From Octopus bimaculoides (lineage: Eukaryota): DNA of 64,000 bases. Made by a program: the position numbers and the translations under genes. Of this stretch, positions 12,180 through 23,684 are shown in pieces. Under the pieces are notes generated by a model that was not told where the DNA came from, made no database searches, and saw nothing but the letters and a program-made list of their open reading frames with translations. The stretch lies in contig NC_068991.1 in NCBI RefSeq assembly GCF_001194135.2, forward strand, positions 28,061,930-28,125,929. Reading direction: 5' to 3'. Position 1 is the first letter of the stretch; every line of letters starts with the position of its first letter.

Positions 12180-12775
12180 TCTTCGTTACCTGCTCCCACT
12201 CTCTTTTTCATAAGTACCATTTCCTCTCTCCCTCTCTGTCTTCCATATCTTACTCTTTTTCTCATCTCTCTCCCTCGCTTTCATATCCTCCTCTTTTCTC
12301 AGTTCTCTTTCCTTTCCTTTGTATCTCACAACGTCTTCCTCCCCTTCTGTCACCTCACCCTCTCCCTCATATACTTCTCATTTTCCCCCTCTTCTCAGTC
12401 CGTTTCTCCCTTTCTCTCACATCCTTCATCCTTTCCTGTCTCTCCCTCAGTCTCTCTCTTTTTCTCTTCCCATCTTCTACCTCCCTTAGTCTGTCTCTTT
12501 CTCCTCCCCTCCTCTCCTTTACTCTGTCTCTCTTTCTCTCCCCCTCCTCTCCTCACTCTGCCTCTCTTTCTCTCCCCTTCCTCTACCTCTCTCTGTCTCT
12601 CTAACACCCCACACTCCCCCTCTTCCTCATATCACCCTCTCTCTTTCCTTCATATCTCCCTCTCTCTTTCCTTCATATCTCCTTCTCTCTTTCCCTATTC
12701 CCCCCTCTGTGTTTCTTTTCTACCTCCCCCTATCTGTCACTTCCCCGCTATCCTCTACTCCCCTTCTGGGCTTAA
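12180..12775 (+). repeat. ~600-bp polypyrimidine tract in the LINE 5' UTR
   Basis: Almost G-free CT-rich strand with a short 22-nt tandem unit near 12636-12690. Confidence 0.85.
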
Positions 12776-12784
12776 AAAACGAAG

Positions 12785-13921
12785 ATGGCACCAAAGTGGG
12801 AGAAGAAAGAATTAAATCTTCTGTTGCGAGCATGGATAATTGCTAGTGGCGATCCGCCGAACAACATCATCACTACTGCACTGAAGAGCAATGGCTTTCA
12901 CATAACCACTGATCAGATAGAGCGGAAGAAGAATGAATTCCTCCGATCCTATACACTCATCAGACCACACATCGACACCCTGGATGTCATAATCGAAAAC
13001 TATTGTGGAAAGGCTGATAAGGATGGAGAAGATGAAAAGGAAAAAACACCCGGAAGTCTCTTTNNNNNNNNNNNNNNNNNNNNNNNNNNNNNNNNNNNNN
13101 NNNNNNNNNNNNNNNNNNNNNNNNNNNNNNNNNNNNNNNNNNNNNNNNNNNNNNNNNNNNNNNNNNNNNNNNNNNNNNNNNNNNNNNNNNNNNNNNNNNN
13201 NNNNNNNNNNNNNNNNNNNNNNNNNNNNNNNNNNNNNNNNNNNNNNNNNNNNNNNNNNNNNNNNNNNNNNNNNNNNNNNNNNNNNNNNNNNNNNNNNNNN
13301 NNNNNNNNNNNNNNNNNNNNNNNNNNNNNNNNNNNNNNNNNNNNNNNNNNNNNNNNNNNNNNNNNNNNNNNNNNNNNNNNNNNNNNNNNNNNNNNNNNNN
13401 NNNNNNNNCACAAGCATAAAGAAGGAAAATGTAAAAATGAAACAACTAAAACCGAAACCCCAATCCACCAAACAAAAAGTAGAAAACCCCAAGGAGGATC
13501 CAATGCCATCCAAGACCCTACAGGAAAGAAGAAATTTGGAAGGCACTCAAGAACCTGCAAATTTTACCTGCAAGGCAAATGTTGGCATAGGGAAGACGGC
13601 AAAAACTGCCGGTTTGCCCACCCGACACCCCACCAAAACTACAAAGGCCTTAATGATAAAAACTTCCTTGAGGAAAGACGACAAATGTCTCCAAGGAAAA
13701 ATTTCACCAAAGAAGTGCGCTCTTCAGAGATTATACGCAACGCAGCAGCTGAGCAAGAGTCTTTTCTATACATGGTGCAAAAGATTGTGCTGCAGCTGAA
13801 CTGGCTACACCAAGCACAAACAAGGAACCTTGCCCACCACTGCGCAAGACCACCACAGTCAACAGACATGGGATGGCCTCCCCTAACGCCTGCACAGGCA
13901 TCACGCCAATATTTTTACTAA
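12785..13921 (+). CDS. LINE ORF1 with CCCH zinc finger (spans an N gap)
   Basis: CKFYLQGKCWHREDGKNCRFAH = C-x7-C-x8-C-x3-H. Overlaps the ORF2 start ATG at 13873. Confidence 0.7.
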   Translation: MAPKWEKKELNLLLRAWIIASGDPPNNIITTALKSNGFHITTDQIERKKNEFLRSYTLIRPHIDTLDVIIENYCGKADKDGEDEKEKTPGSLFXXXXXXXXXXXXXXXXXXXXXXXXXXXXXXXXXXXXXXXXXXXXXXXXXXXXXXXXXXXXXXXXXXXXXXXXXXXXXXXXXXXXXXXXXXXXXXXXXXXXXXXXXXXXXXXXXXXHKHKEGKCKNETTKTETPIHQTKSRKPQGGSNAIQDPTGKKKFGRHSRTCKFYLQGKCWHREDGKNCRFAHPTPHQNYKGLNDKNFLEERRQMSPRKNFTKEVRSSEIIRNAAAEQESFLYMVQKIVLQLNWLHQAQTRNLAHHCARPPQSTDMGWPPLTPAQASRQYFY

Positions 13922-16564
13922 ATATTGGGGGCCTGTTGTATTATAATAACAAAAGCAAAATTTCTTTCCTGAGAGACCTTGCTGCATGCAATCAAGCCCT
14001 ATGCATAGCACTCGTGGAAACTCACCTCAGCCCTGATATAGAGGATGCAGAAGTACACATACCAAAATATGTCATACTGCGAACAGACAGAAGGGAAAGG
14101 AGCTATAGTGGAGTTGCTGTATACATCCGTGACGACCTCAAGCCCCAGGTCTTACTGTCATACTCAAATTCGGTATGTGACACCCTAATTGTATACATAA
14201 GACAACAAAATATAGTCATATGCAATACATATCGCCCACCGGATGCTCTAAACCACATAGGCAAATCTGAAGATTGCTTCACTAGAATTAAAGAAATCCT
14301 CATGAAACTGGAACACCACGTGACCATATTTCTTATGAGTGATTTCAACTTCCCAAACGTCAAATGGCCCGAAGGTCTCATATTCTCAAGAATGACTCAT
14401 AGCAAGCAAGCACAGGTGGAGTCCCTGCTCAACCTCACCAATGCCCTATTCATGGAGCAAGCTGTTCTCAGGCCAACTAGAGCAAATAACATTCTGGATC
14501 TCTGCTTCACGAACAATATGGACATCATTCATGATGTGAAAGTGACGCCGACATTAGTCTCGGAGCACAACATAATAGAGTTGTCTGTTTGGGCCGAAAG
14601 TAACCACAGACATATAGCCTAAAGGAAGCACTCGAAATCTCTCCAATCTGAACTTCCACAAAGCAGACTGGAAATCGATCCAGAAAGAGATCCACAGAGA
14701 GGATTGGCCAAAGTGTCTCTCCACACCAGACATTGATATGAAGCTAAAATGTTTCATGTCTATTGTGCAAGCCATATGCCAGAAATATGTCCCAGAGCAC
14801 AAGGCCAAAACAGATAGGAACAAGATTCCAAGGGAGAAGAAGATCCTCATGAGNNNNNNNNNNATAGGAACAAGATTCCAAGGGAGAAGAAGATCCTCAT
14901 GAGACGACGCACAAAAGTTGCAAATCGACTCAACCAGCATCCCAAAAGTAGCGAAAGGTCCCGCCTAAAATCGATACTGATGGAGATTGAAAAAAGGCTG
15001 CAACACTCCTATGTGAGGGAGAGAGCAGACAAAGAAGCCTGGGTTAGAAAAAACATTAAGTCAAACCCAAAGGCCTTCTTTCATTACGCGAAAGAAACAG
15101 CCTCAGTACGCTGCAAGATTGGACCCCTCTTCGAAAAGGATGGCTCCCTCACAGACAGTCCAACTAGGATCAGTGAGGTACTGAATGAGCAGTTCAAAAG
15201 TGTCTTCACAGACAAGTGAACGAACCAATGGACTTCTTTGCTACCTCCCCTATAATCAGAGAGGCAGTTACGATAGAATACATCAACATTAGTGAAGAAG
15301 ATGTACTACTAGCTATAGATGAAGTGGACACAAACTCAACTGCTGGTCCTGATAGTTTCCCAGTAATCCTCCTTAAATCGATTAAGCATGCCCTGGCAAA
15401 ACCCCTCCAGATCTTCTTCCAGAGCTTTCTCGCAAATGGCAGACTGCCAGGCAAGCTGAAGGAGGGAATAATATGCCCAATCCATAAAGGGGGAAGCAGA
15501 GCAGATGCCAAAAACTATAGGCCTATCTCTCTGACTTCACACATCAGCAAAGTCATGGAAAGGATAGTCAGAGGAAAACTTATCGCATTCCTTGAAGAAA
15601 ATAACTTGCTGAGTGAAACCCAACATGGCTTTCGACCAGGTAGGAGCTGCCTGACCCAGCTCTTACAATATTATGACTGGGTGTTGAGGCAGTTACTCAA
15701 CAACTCAAATGTGAACGTAATATACCTTGATTTTGCAAAAGCTTTTGACAAAGTGGATCATGGTGTGATATGCCACAAACTGCGTGATCTTGGCATAGCT
15801 GGAAAACTTGGAGAGTGGTTACATGATTTTCTGAAAGATAGAAGTCAGGCAGTAATGGCTAATACAAATAGTGAGCGGTGTTCCACAGGGCACTGTCTTG
15901 GGACCATTGCTTTTTGTAGTCGCCCTCTCAGATATGGCATCAAGCGTCCGGATAGCCACCCTTGCAAGCTACGCAGACGATAAGAAAGTCTCGCAGAAAA
16001 TACAGAACTCCAGTGATGTTGCACATCTGCTGCAGGAGTTGGACTCAGTTTACAGATGGGCTGAGGATAATAATATGCAGTTTAATGCTGAAAAATCCCA
16101 AGCCCTGCGCTACCAACATCCGAAACTGAATATGAAACTTACAGAATACACTGGTCTTCAGGGAATTTCAATCCCAGAGCCTAAATTAGTGAGAGACCTG
16201 AGTATCGACATGAGTGATGATACCTCTTTCCAAGTACACATTACCAGGATGGCGACAAAGTGTAGACGAATGGCTGGATGGATCCTGGGAACATTCAGAA
16301 CCAGAGATAAGGAAACCATGATGGTCCTCTGGAAGACATTTGTCCTCAGCCGCCTGGATTACTGCTCACAGCTATGGTCACTCACCAGTGTGAAATTAAC
16401 AGCAGACCTTGAGGCAATCCAGAGAAGATTCACAAAGAAGATTGTCTCTTTGCAACTGCTCAGCTACTGGGAAAGGCTGAAACAGCTAAGAATCTACTCC
16501 CTGGAGAGAAGGCGGTAGAGGTATGCAGTAATATACATCTGGAAGATCCTGGAAGGAATTGTGC
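13873..16564 (+). pseudogene. LINE ORF2 (AP endonuclease + reverse transcriptase), disrupted
   Basis: ORF-track pieces 13873-14622, 14899-15219, 15216-15983 and 15871-16518 join into one APE-RT polyprotein. Confidence 0.92.
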
Positions 16565-17086
16565 NNNNNNNNNNNNNNNNNNNNNNNNNNNNNNNNNNNN
16601 NNNNNNNNNNNNNNNNNNNNNNNNNNNNNNNNNNNNNNNNNNNNNNNNNNNNNNNNNNNNNNNNNNNNNNNNNNNNNNNNNNNNNNNNNNNNNNNNNNNN
16701 NNNNNNNNNNNNNNNNNNNNNNNNNNNNNNNNNNNNNNNNNNNNNNNNNNNNNNNNNNNNNNNNNNNNNNNNNNNNNNNNNNNNNNNNNNNNNNNNNNNN
16801 NNNNNNNNNNNNNNNNNNNNNNNNNNNNNNNNNNNNNNNNNNNNNNNNNNNNNNNNNNNNNNNNNNNNNNNNNNNNNNNNNNNNNNNNNNNNNNNNNNNN
16901 NNNCCATTCTTCACCAAGTGCCACATATTGGAAGAGGCTCTCAGAAATAAAAGCGTAGCAAAACGGCGGTGCATCAACATGGCCGCAACTTTCAGCTGAA
17001 ACTATAGGAAAAAAAATATACATATATATATTGAGAAAAAAGTTGTCAGAATTTTGGAAAAAAAAACTTTTTATTTTTTTTCCTTA

Positions 17087-17268
17087 TTATTAGCACTTTC
17101 GTTTCTTTCTTGAACATGTCAAATAAAATTTTGTTCATTTATATAAAACAGATGGCTTTTCTGGGGAAAACCCCCCAAAAACATTTGTTTTATATAAATG
17201 AACAAGTTGTTTGTACATTCACAAAATTTTATTTGACAAGGTCGAGAAAGCATTGAAAATGCCAATAA
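17087..17268. repeat. Small AT-rich fold-back/MITE-like palindrome
   Basis: Nested inverted segments (ttattagcac/ccaataa; tgtcaaataaaattttg; ttgttcatttatataaaaca) closing on GGGG-AAAA-CCCC. Confidence 0.75.
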
Positions 17269-17339
17269 TGAATGTCAAACATTAAGGTAAGGCAAATATC
17301 TCAAATCATATACAATATTATTATAGGAAGAAATTCAAT

Positions 17340-17395
17340 ATCTTACAGCTGTTACTGAGATATCCCCAAGTATGGTATATTCCATCATCAGAGAC
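17340..17395 (-). ncRNA. Type I hammerhead motif, left arm of fold-back element (GAAA mutated to GUAA)
   Basis: GUCU-CUGAUGA-UGGAAUAU...AUAUCUCA-GUAA-C-AGCU-GUA/AGAU. Confidence 0.65.
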
Positions 17396-17778
17396 AAATA
17401 GGGGAAACAATATGGAAAATGAGAATGTATATATCCATAAGATGACAACATAGAGGAAGGAAGTAAAAGAATGAGGAGATGGAGAAAGAGAAGAAAAAAA
17501 GAAACATAAAAGTTCATAGTTCAACTTTCTGAAGTTATAGAAACCAGACCATGAATCCTTAGGTGCAATCCTGCATAATGAATTAAGCTCATGGATCTAT
17601 GAAAGATTGCACCTAAGGACTCGTGGTCTGATTTCTATAACTTCGGAAAGTCGAATTATGAACTTTTATGCTTCTTGTCTCTTCTCTCTTTCCATCTCCT
17701 CATTCATTTACTCCTTTCCTCTATGTTGTCATCTTATGGATGTATACATTCCCATTTTCCATATTGTTTCCCCTATTT

Positions 17779-17834
17779 GTCTCTGGTGATGGAATATCCC
17801 GTATTTGGGGATATCCCAGAAACAGCTGTAAGAT
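17779..17834 (+). ncRNA. Type I hammerhead motif, right arm of fold-back element (CUGGUGA core variant)
   Basis: GUCU-CUGGUGA-UGGAAUAUCCC[7 nt]GGGAUAUCCCA-GAAA-C-AGCU-GUA/AGAU. Stem II pairs 10 of 11. Confidence 0.7.
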
Positions 17835-17919
17835 TTTGAATTTCTTCCTATAATTTCTTCCAAGGCAGTGCCCCAGCTTGGCTGCAGTCTAATGACTGAA
17901 ACAAATAAAAGATAAAAGT

Positions 17920-17951
<32 letters not shown>

Positions 17952-19850
17952 AACATGTAATGTAAACAGTTATACATTACACAGAAAAGTGAGACAAGTG
18001 TAACAAACAAGCAAGCAAAATTACTAGTCTAGGCTGTCTTCCAGAACATTCCTTTCAAAATGGAATGCTAGCATCAAACAGAATAAGTAGTTTCCTAGTT
18101 TCCATGCATCATGATTTCGTCTTCTTGCCATTTGTTGAAGACATTCAAAGACTCATAAGAATTACTCTTCTTCAAAATTATAAAAAAAATGTAATAAAAT
18201 ACTGATAACTTATTCTTTCAAGGAAAGTTACCGGAAGATTCTGAAGGTGCTAAGTATTATGGTATAGGGCATGTTAGTGTGTAAACTTATGCATCAGTAG
18301 ATCTTTTTTTTTTATTTATAGCATAATGAATGACAGATGTGTATCATTTATGACCATGTGACAGGAGGAACTTTGCTCATCAACAATTAGTACAAGTAAT
18401 TATCTAATTATCTCCATGATACTTAAACTGGAGTCATAGTGTACTTCCATGGGCAATGGGGGATAATGGTTATGATTAAATAATGGTGTAACTTTGACCA
18501 GAACTAATTTATATTATATTAAGTGGTCTTTGTACTTATCAAGGGGGTTCTTTAACCCTAGTTTCCTAGATCAGAGGAATGGTATAGCCAATAGATCTGC
18601 AGGGATTGCCAAGAGAATCAACAAATCAAAAACCTTGATGAGGTCTCACTCCATTTTGTTTGATGAAGGGATTGATGAAGGGCTGTTGACTCCATGTTGA
18701 GTTCATCCACCCTTGTAGATAGGTATGGTTTATTTATCTGGTCATGATACCACCACCACCAGCATCATCATCATCATGCCAGTTTAGTCACAAATGGATC
18801 AACCATAAAGCAGGTAGTGCTCATCCACAAGGTTACCAGCAACAGACCATTTTTGATCCAACCTGACAACAGCACAATATACTCCATCAAACAAGGAATG
18901 AATAAAACCATTCTTTTAAACAGCTTTCAACTGAATTCCAATTCGTTTTAAGTTCCAGTAAATAAGAATTTTGTATCTGCACAGGAAGAATTCAAAAGCA
19001 TGAATAAATCACAGATCAAAAGGGAAACAAAAGTGTGTATTAAAGTGGGGAAGGAAGTATCCAATATTATGGAGCAGGGGCTATCTTAGTTACAGTAAAA
19101 GAGAGAGAGAGAGGGAGAGATGTGGAGTGGTTGTTATTTCTAAGCCCAATTCAGTCCTAACTGAGCAAGCCAACAATCAAAGGATTTTCAGCCATGACCA
19201 TCTTGTATTTCTTATATATCAACAAGTACATTGTTCAAAGTATCATTCTTTTCATAACAAAGTGTGATTTGAGGAAAATTTGGTTGCCATCTCTACCAGA
19301 TCAACCAAACACCAAGACGATCCCTGAGAAGATTTATCTAACAGTCAGATGGCCTTTTTTTTATATGTAAGATGAGCCATCCCAGAGTAGATCTGTAGTG
19401 AATCAACAACTAATAAAAGAAATAGATCTTTCTAGTTGTAAAGATGAAACCAAATATTTAAATAATTGTTGCCAACTATTAGTTAAATATATGTATAGTC
19501 ACTATAAACAACCATAATTGAGGGTATAGGTAAAATACAGATGATCAATTCAACAACACTTCATACATGGATCTGACTAGCAAAGAGTTCAAATATCAGT
19601 ATAAAGGTTAGATTTTTTTTTATTAACCAAAGAAGGATTAGTTACACTTCAGTTGATTATTAAAGGAGCACTCCACCAATCCAAAGAATGCATATCATAT
19701 TGGAATGTTATAATCCTTACACAACCAACTTATGAAATAAAATTACAAGTGTAAGATTTTCATTGCTTATACACATACATACATACATACATACACTTGT
19801 CATTCTGGAGTTTATATATGTATATATATATATATAATAAATAAAATAAA

Positions 19851-20098
19851 TGTGCCCTTTTAAAGCCTAGCTAGGCTCATGGGCTCGGTTTCCTGGTTTC
19901 TGTGGCGTATGTGTTCCCCAGCTGGACGGGACACCAGTCCATTGCAGCGTTACTCATTTTTGCCAGCTGAGTGGACTGGAGCAACGTGAAATGAAGTGTT
20001 TTGCTCAAGAACACACCGCGTCGCCCGGTCCAGGAATTGAAACCACAATCTTACGATCGTGATGCTGACACCCTAACCACTAAGCCACGTGCCTCCAC
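19851..20098 (-). mobile_element. tRNA-derived SINE with a V-domain-like centre
   Basis: Minus strand: TGGCTTAGTGG...GGTTTCAATTCC head, then TGCAATGGACTGGTGTCCCGTCCAG, resembling the V-SINE domain. Confidence 0.75.
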
Positions 20099-21027
20099 AT
20101 TATATATATATATATATATATATNNNNNNNNNNNNNNNNNNNNNNNNNNNNNNNNNNNNNNNNNNNNNNNNNNNNNNNNNNNNNNNNNNNNNNNNNNNNN
20201 NNNNNNNNNNNNNNNNNNNNNNNNNNNNNNNNNNNNNNNNNNNNNNNNNNNNNNNNNNNNNNNNNNNNNNNNNNNNNNNNNNNNNNNNNNNNNNNNNNNN
20301 NNNNNNNNNNNNNNNNNNNNNNNNNNNNNNNNNNNNNNNNNNNNNNNNNNNNNNNNNNNNNNNNNNNNNNNNNNNNNNNNNNNNNNNNNNNNNNNNNNNN
20401 NNNNNNNNNNNNNNNNNNNNNNNNNNNNNNNNNNNNNNNNNNNNNNNNNNNNNNNNNNNNNNNNNNNNNNNNNNNNNNNNNNNNNNNNNNNNNNNNNNNN
20501 NNNNNNNNNNNNNNNNNNNNNNNNNNNNNNNNNNNNNNNNNNNNNNNNNNNNNNNNNNNNNNNNNNNNNNNNNNNNNNNNNNNNNNNNNNNNNNNNNNNN
20601 NNNNNNNNNNNNNNNNNNNNNNNNNNNNNNNNNNNNNNNNNNNNNNNNNNNNNNNNNNNNNNNNNNNNNNNNNNNNNNNNNNNNNNNNNNNNNNNNNNNN
20701 NNNNNNNNNNNNNNNNNNNNNNNNNNNNNNNNNNNNNNNNNNNNNNNNNNNNNNNNNNNNNNNNNNNNNNNNNNNNNNNNNNNNNNNNNNNNNNNNNNNN
20801 NNNNNNNNNNNNNNNNNNNNNNNNNNNNNNNNNNNNNNNNNNNNNNNNNNNNNNNNNNNNNNNNNNNNNNNNNNNNNNNNNNNNNNNNNNNNNNNNNNNN
20901 NNNNNNNNNNNNNNNNNNNNNNNNNNNNNNNNNNNNNNNNNNNNNNNNNNNNNNNNNNNNNNNNNNNNNNNNNNNNNNNNNNNNNNNNNNNNNNNNNNNN
21001 NNNNNNNNNNNNNNNNNNNNNNNNNNN

Positions 21028-21066
<39 letters not shown>

Positions 21067-21229
21067 GTATAATATATATATATATATAAAGGTTATGAAG
21101 GGTATTGGAGTCAACCAAACCCTAAAGATACAGGCAATACCGAATAAGTGCCGTATACCGACTAGTTATGCCTCTGTTATTGTAGTAACATGAGTGGGGA
21201 ATATAACATAGGTCGTGTATTAGCGTGTG

Positions 21230-21506
21230 TATGTATAAAGAAAGAAAAAGATAAAGAGACCAATGGCAAAGTTTAATGTTGGAAGGGAAATATACTCCAA
21301 GTACTTTTTCTTCTTTGTTCTTTCTTCTACGCATCACTCTTACTTCTTACTATAAATCTCCTCTTATAGATGTAATAATCCATTCTTCTACTATTACCAT
21401 CTCCGATGAAGGGATACGTTGGATTTTCCCTGAAACAGCTGTAAGACTTTATACAAAAAATATAATTTTAACTTTGCCATTGGTCTCTTTATCTTTTTCT
21501 TTCTTT

Positions 21507-21513
<7 letters not shown>
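21230..21513 (+). mobile_element. Hammerhead-bearing element with a perfect 44-bp terminal inverted repeat
   Basis: 21230-21273 is the reverse complement of 21470-21513. Internal hammerhead at 21399-21447. Confidence 0.75.
21399..21447 (+). ncRNA. Type I hammerhead motif (CCGAUGA variant)
   Basis: UCU-CCGAUGA-AGGGA[12 nt]UCCCU-GAAA-C-AGCU-GUA/AGA. Perfect 5-bp stem II. Confidence 0.72.
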
Positions 21514-21554
<41 letters not shown>

Positions 21555-21920
21555 CACAACCACTTCTTCAAATAAAGAGGGTGTTGTGTGAATGTTGCTC
21601 AATACGTGTAGTGGCTGTGTCTTGTCTCGATGTTGTTAAAGGTGGCTACTTTGTCGTGTCTATTGTTAATCATTGTTTTATGTCTGTGTACAGAGGAGTA
21701 ATACAGCTCTGATTTGTTTTATCAAAACACACAACAAACTAATCAGTGTAATGTATAGAAACTCTATGAAACATTATCCACCTGTTGTTGAGCAGATTAA
21801 ATGCTCAACTATTTTCTTTTTGCTTTAATAGATTGTATTGGATGAATACATGATATAAGGAGATAAATCAGTTGTTGTGAAACTGATTGCTTTATCTTCT
21901 ATATTTTCTCCATTCTCTAG

Positions 21921-21977
21921 GCGCTGAATAGCATTCTAAAGGGACTACAGGGTCAACATTACCAGCAACTTGTTTCA
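21921..21977 (+). pseudogene. CAP paralog 2, 57-nt exon with in-frame TAG at 21929-21931
   Basis: Aligns codon for codon with paralog 3 exon 51873-51929 (same length, ag/gt boundaries), but TAC is replaced by TAG. About 220 bp of upstream intron is also homologous (about 21697 onward vs 51656 onward). Confidence 0.75.
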
Positions 21978-22669
21978 GTATTTAACTTAAACACTTCCTG
22001 TCACAAATATTTGCTACAGATGTAATTCGATCTGAATAAAATCAATCAAATTTTGGCTTGCAAACCTCTTTTGTCTGATGAATCCTATATTTTGAAACTT
22101 TATTGTTTATTGATTATTGACCTGTTTTGCCGTTTTACATCTACCTTACCATTTGATGGATCATAGAAAATTATACATTTGCATATCACTGGAGCAATGT
22201 CTTTTACAGCTGGTTGTCCTTTCTGCAAATTACTGACTCACTTGGAGAAGGTATAGAGAATGTCAATCAAACAAAACTAAATCACATAAAATTATGTCAC
22301 CGTGACTACAGACACAAAATAATAATTGCACATCTTGATATAATTATTAGATTATTAAATCGCAATAACAAATATTTTATAATATAGCAAGATTGACATG
22401 ATACAATTTCCTCCATCTTTCTTTATTCTATCTTCTCCTATTCTTTACTATTATAATCTCTTTCTCTTCCTCTCTCTCTCTCTCTATATATATATATGGT
22501 GGGGGAGTATATATATGGATCTATCTGGAGGATTATGTTCCTCTCCCTCTTTCTTTTCCTCTAAGTCTTCCTCCAGTCTTCACCTTATCTATTTCACTTC
22601 ACTTCAAACTTCTATTGCAATTTTATATAATCTATTTTATGTAAATTTTATTTTTCTTCATCTATTAAG

Positions 22670-22773
22670 ATTTATCTAGTTCTGTGAAGCCCTCTTCATT
22701 AAAAGATACTATTATTATTACTACTACGTCTATTGTTCCAAATACTACTACTACTACATCTGTAGTCACTCAG
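22670..22773 (+). pseudogene. CAP paralog 2 Ser/Thr-rich exon (NLSSSVKPSSLKDTIIITTTSIVPNTTTTTSVVTQ)
   Basis: CAG|gtaaga donor at phase 0. aag acceptor at 22669 gives phase 1 (alternative tag at 22679). The downstream ~230 bp of intron is homologous to 53662-53895. Confidence 0.65.
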
Positions 22774-23298
22774 GTAAGACATTTCATGAAGTTATTCCCA
22801 GAATACCATACCTTAATATTAATAAACCAGAAGATTTTACCTCTTCCCTGTAAACATAATCTTTAATAAATATTTTATTCTTACACTAATTTACTAGAAA
22901 AATTCTAATATTAACAACTAAACAAAAGTAAATATCTAAATATCTGATACAAGATGTTGCTAATATGATTTTATAATTTTCCTGACTATTTACCTTACAT
23001 TTAGCATTAATCACCACCACCACCTCCACCATTATCCTCATCATCATCATCATCATCATCATTGTTTTCCATGCAAGCATGACTCAGATGGATTGTCAGG
23101 ATCCAGTCAATTTTATTTGGCATCACTGCCATCCTAGATGCATTAAAAAACCACTCACTCAAACTCTATTTTGGGCTTGAGTGGTAAGGAGCACTTAGGA
23201 TTACTTGAGGTAAGCAATCCCAATATATTTCATGTGATGGATAAATCTTGGGTTTGCTTAGCTGGATTATAAATATTTTACCAAGTGGTATGTCCAAG

Positions 23299-23684
23299 AC
23301 AGTGGAGGCGCAATGGCCCAGTGGTTAGGGCAGCGGATTCGCGGTCATAGGATCACGGTTTTGATTCCCAGACCGGGCGTTGTGTGTGTTTATTGAGCGA
23401 AAACACCTAAAGCTCCACGAGGCTTTGGCAGGGGATGGTGGCGAACCCTGCTGTACTCTTTCACCACAACTTTCTCTCACTCTTACTCCCTGTTTCTGCT
23501 GTGCCTGTAATTCAAAGGGTCAGCCTTGTCACACTGTGTCATGCTGAATATCCCCAAGAACTACGTTAAGGGTACACGTGTCTGTGGAGTGCTCAGCCAC
23601 TTGCACGTTAATTTCACGAGCAGGCTGTTCTGTTGATCGGATCGACTGGAACCCTCGACGTCGTAAGTAACGGAGTGCCAACAA
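23299..23684 (+). mobile_element. tRNA-derived SINE family A
   Basis: A/B-box head (TGGCCCAGTGG...GATTCC), ~385 bp, 9-bp TSD ATGTCCAAG. Confidence 0.9.

Larger units (their letters stand above)
11810..17020 (+). mobile_element. Near-full-length CR1/L2-group LINE (long CT-rich 5' UTR, ORF1, APE-RT ORF2), inactivated
   Basis: ORF2 motifs ETHL, YRPP, DFNFP, LDLCFTN, YRPISLTS, QHGFRPGRSC, YLDFAKAFDKVDH, GVPQGTVLGPLLF, YADD. Stops near 14620, 15217 and 16516, and frameshifts. The 5' boundary is approximate. Confidence 0.92.
17322..17852. mobile_element. ~530-bp fold-back element (about 250-bp inverted arms, about 32-nt spacer), probably an inverted Penelope-like pLTR duplication
   Basis: TATAGGAAGAAATTC...GAATTTCTTCCTATA ends. 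The arms give near-identical opposite-strand ORF-track translations. A hammerhead motif lies in each arm. Confidence 0.85.

Noticed and set aside
14814-14903. 40-bp direct duplication inside LINE ORF2
   Set aside because: The identical copies flank a 10-N gap, a typical overlapping-contig assembly artefact.
17028-17105. Similarity to the intron end before CAP exon 60747 (60666-60735), suggesting another CAP relic
   Set aside because: No exon follows, and similar AAAAAAGTTGTCAGAATTTT-like blocks occur near 1321 and 6600. It is more likely a dispersed repeat fragment.
20001-21118. Long ORF-track entries made of X residues (also near 7.5, 9.3, 11, 13, 16.5, 47.5, 58 and 60.3 kb)
   Set aside because: Artefacts of translating N gaps.
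21630-21700. Hydrophobic ORF MLLKVATLSCLLLIIVLCLCTEE as signal-peptide exon of paralog 2
   Set aside because: The best donor (gtaata) gives phase 2, not the required phase 1. There is no counterpart upstream of paralog 3, and the minus strand loosely resembles a GIY-YIG remnant. Unresolved, so not called.
22074-22100. CTGATGA...GAAAC as a hammerhead
   Set aside because: No stem II or stem I pairing, and the motif is absent from the homologous paralog 3 intron.
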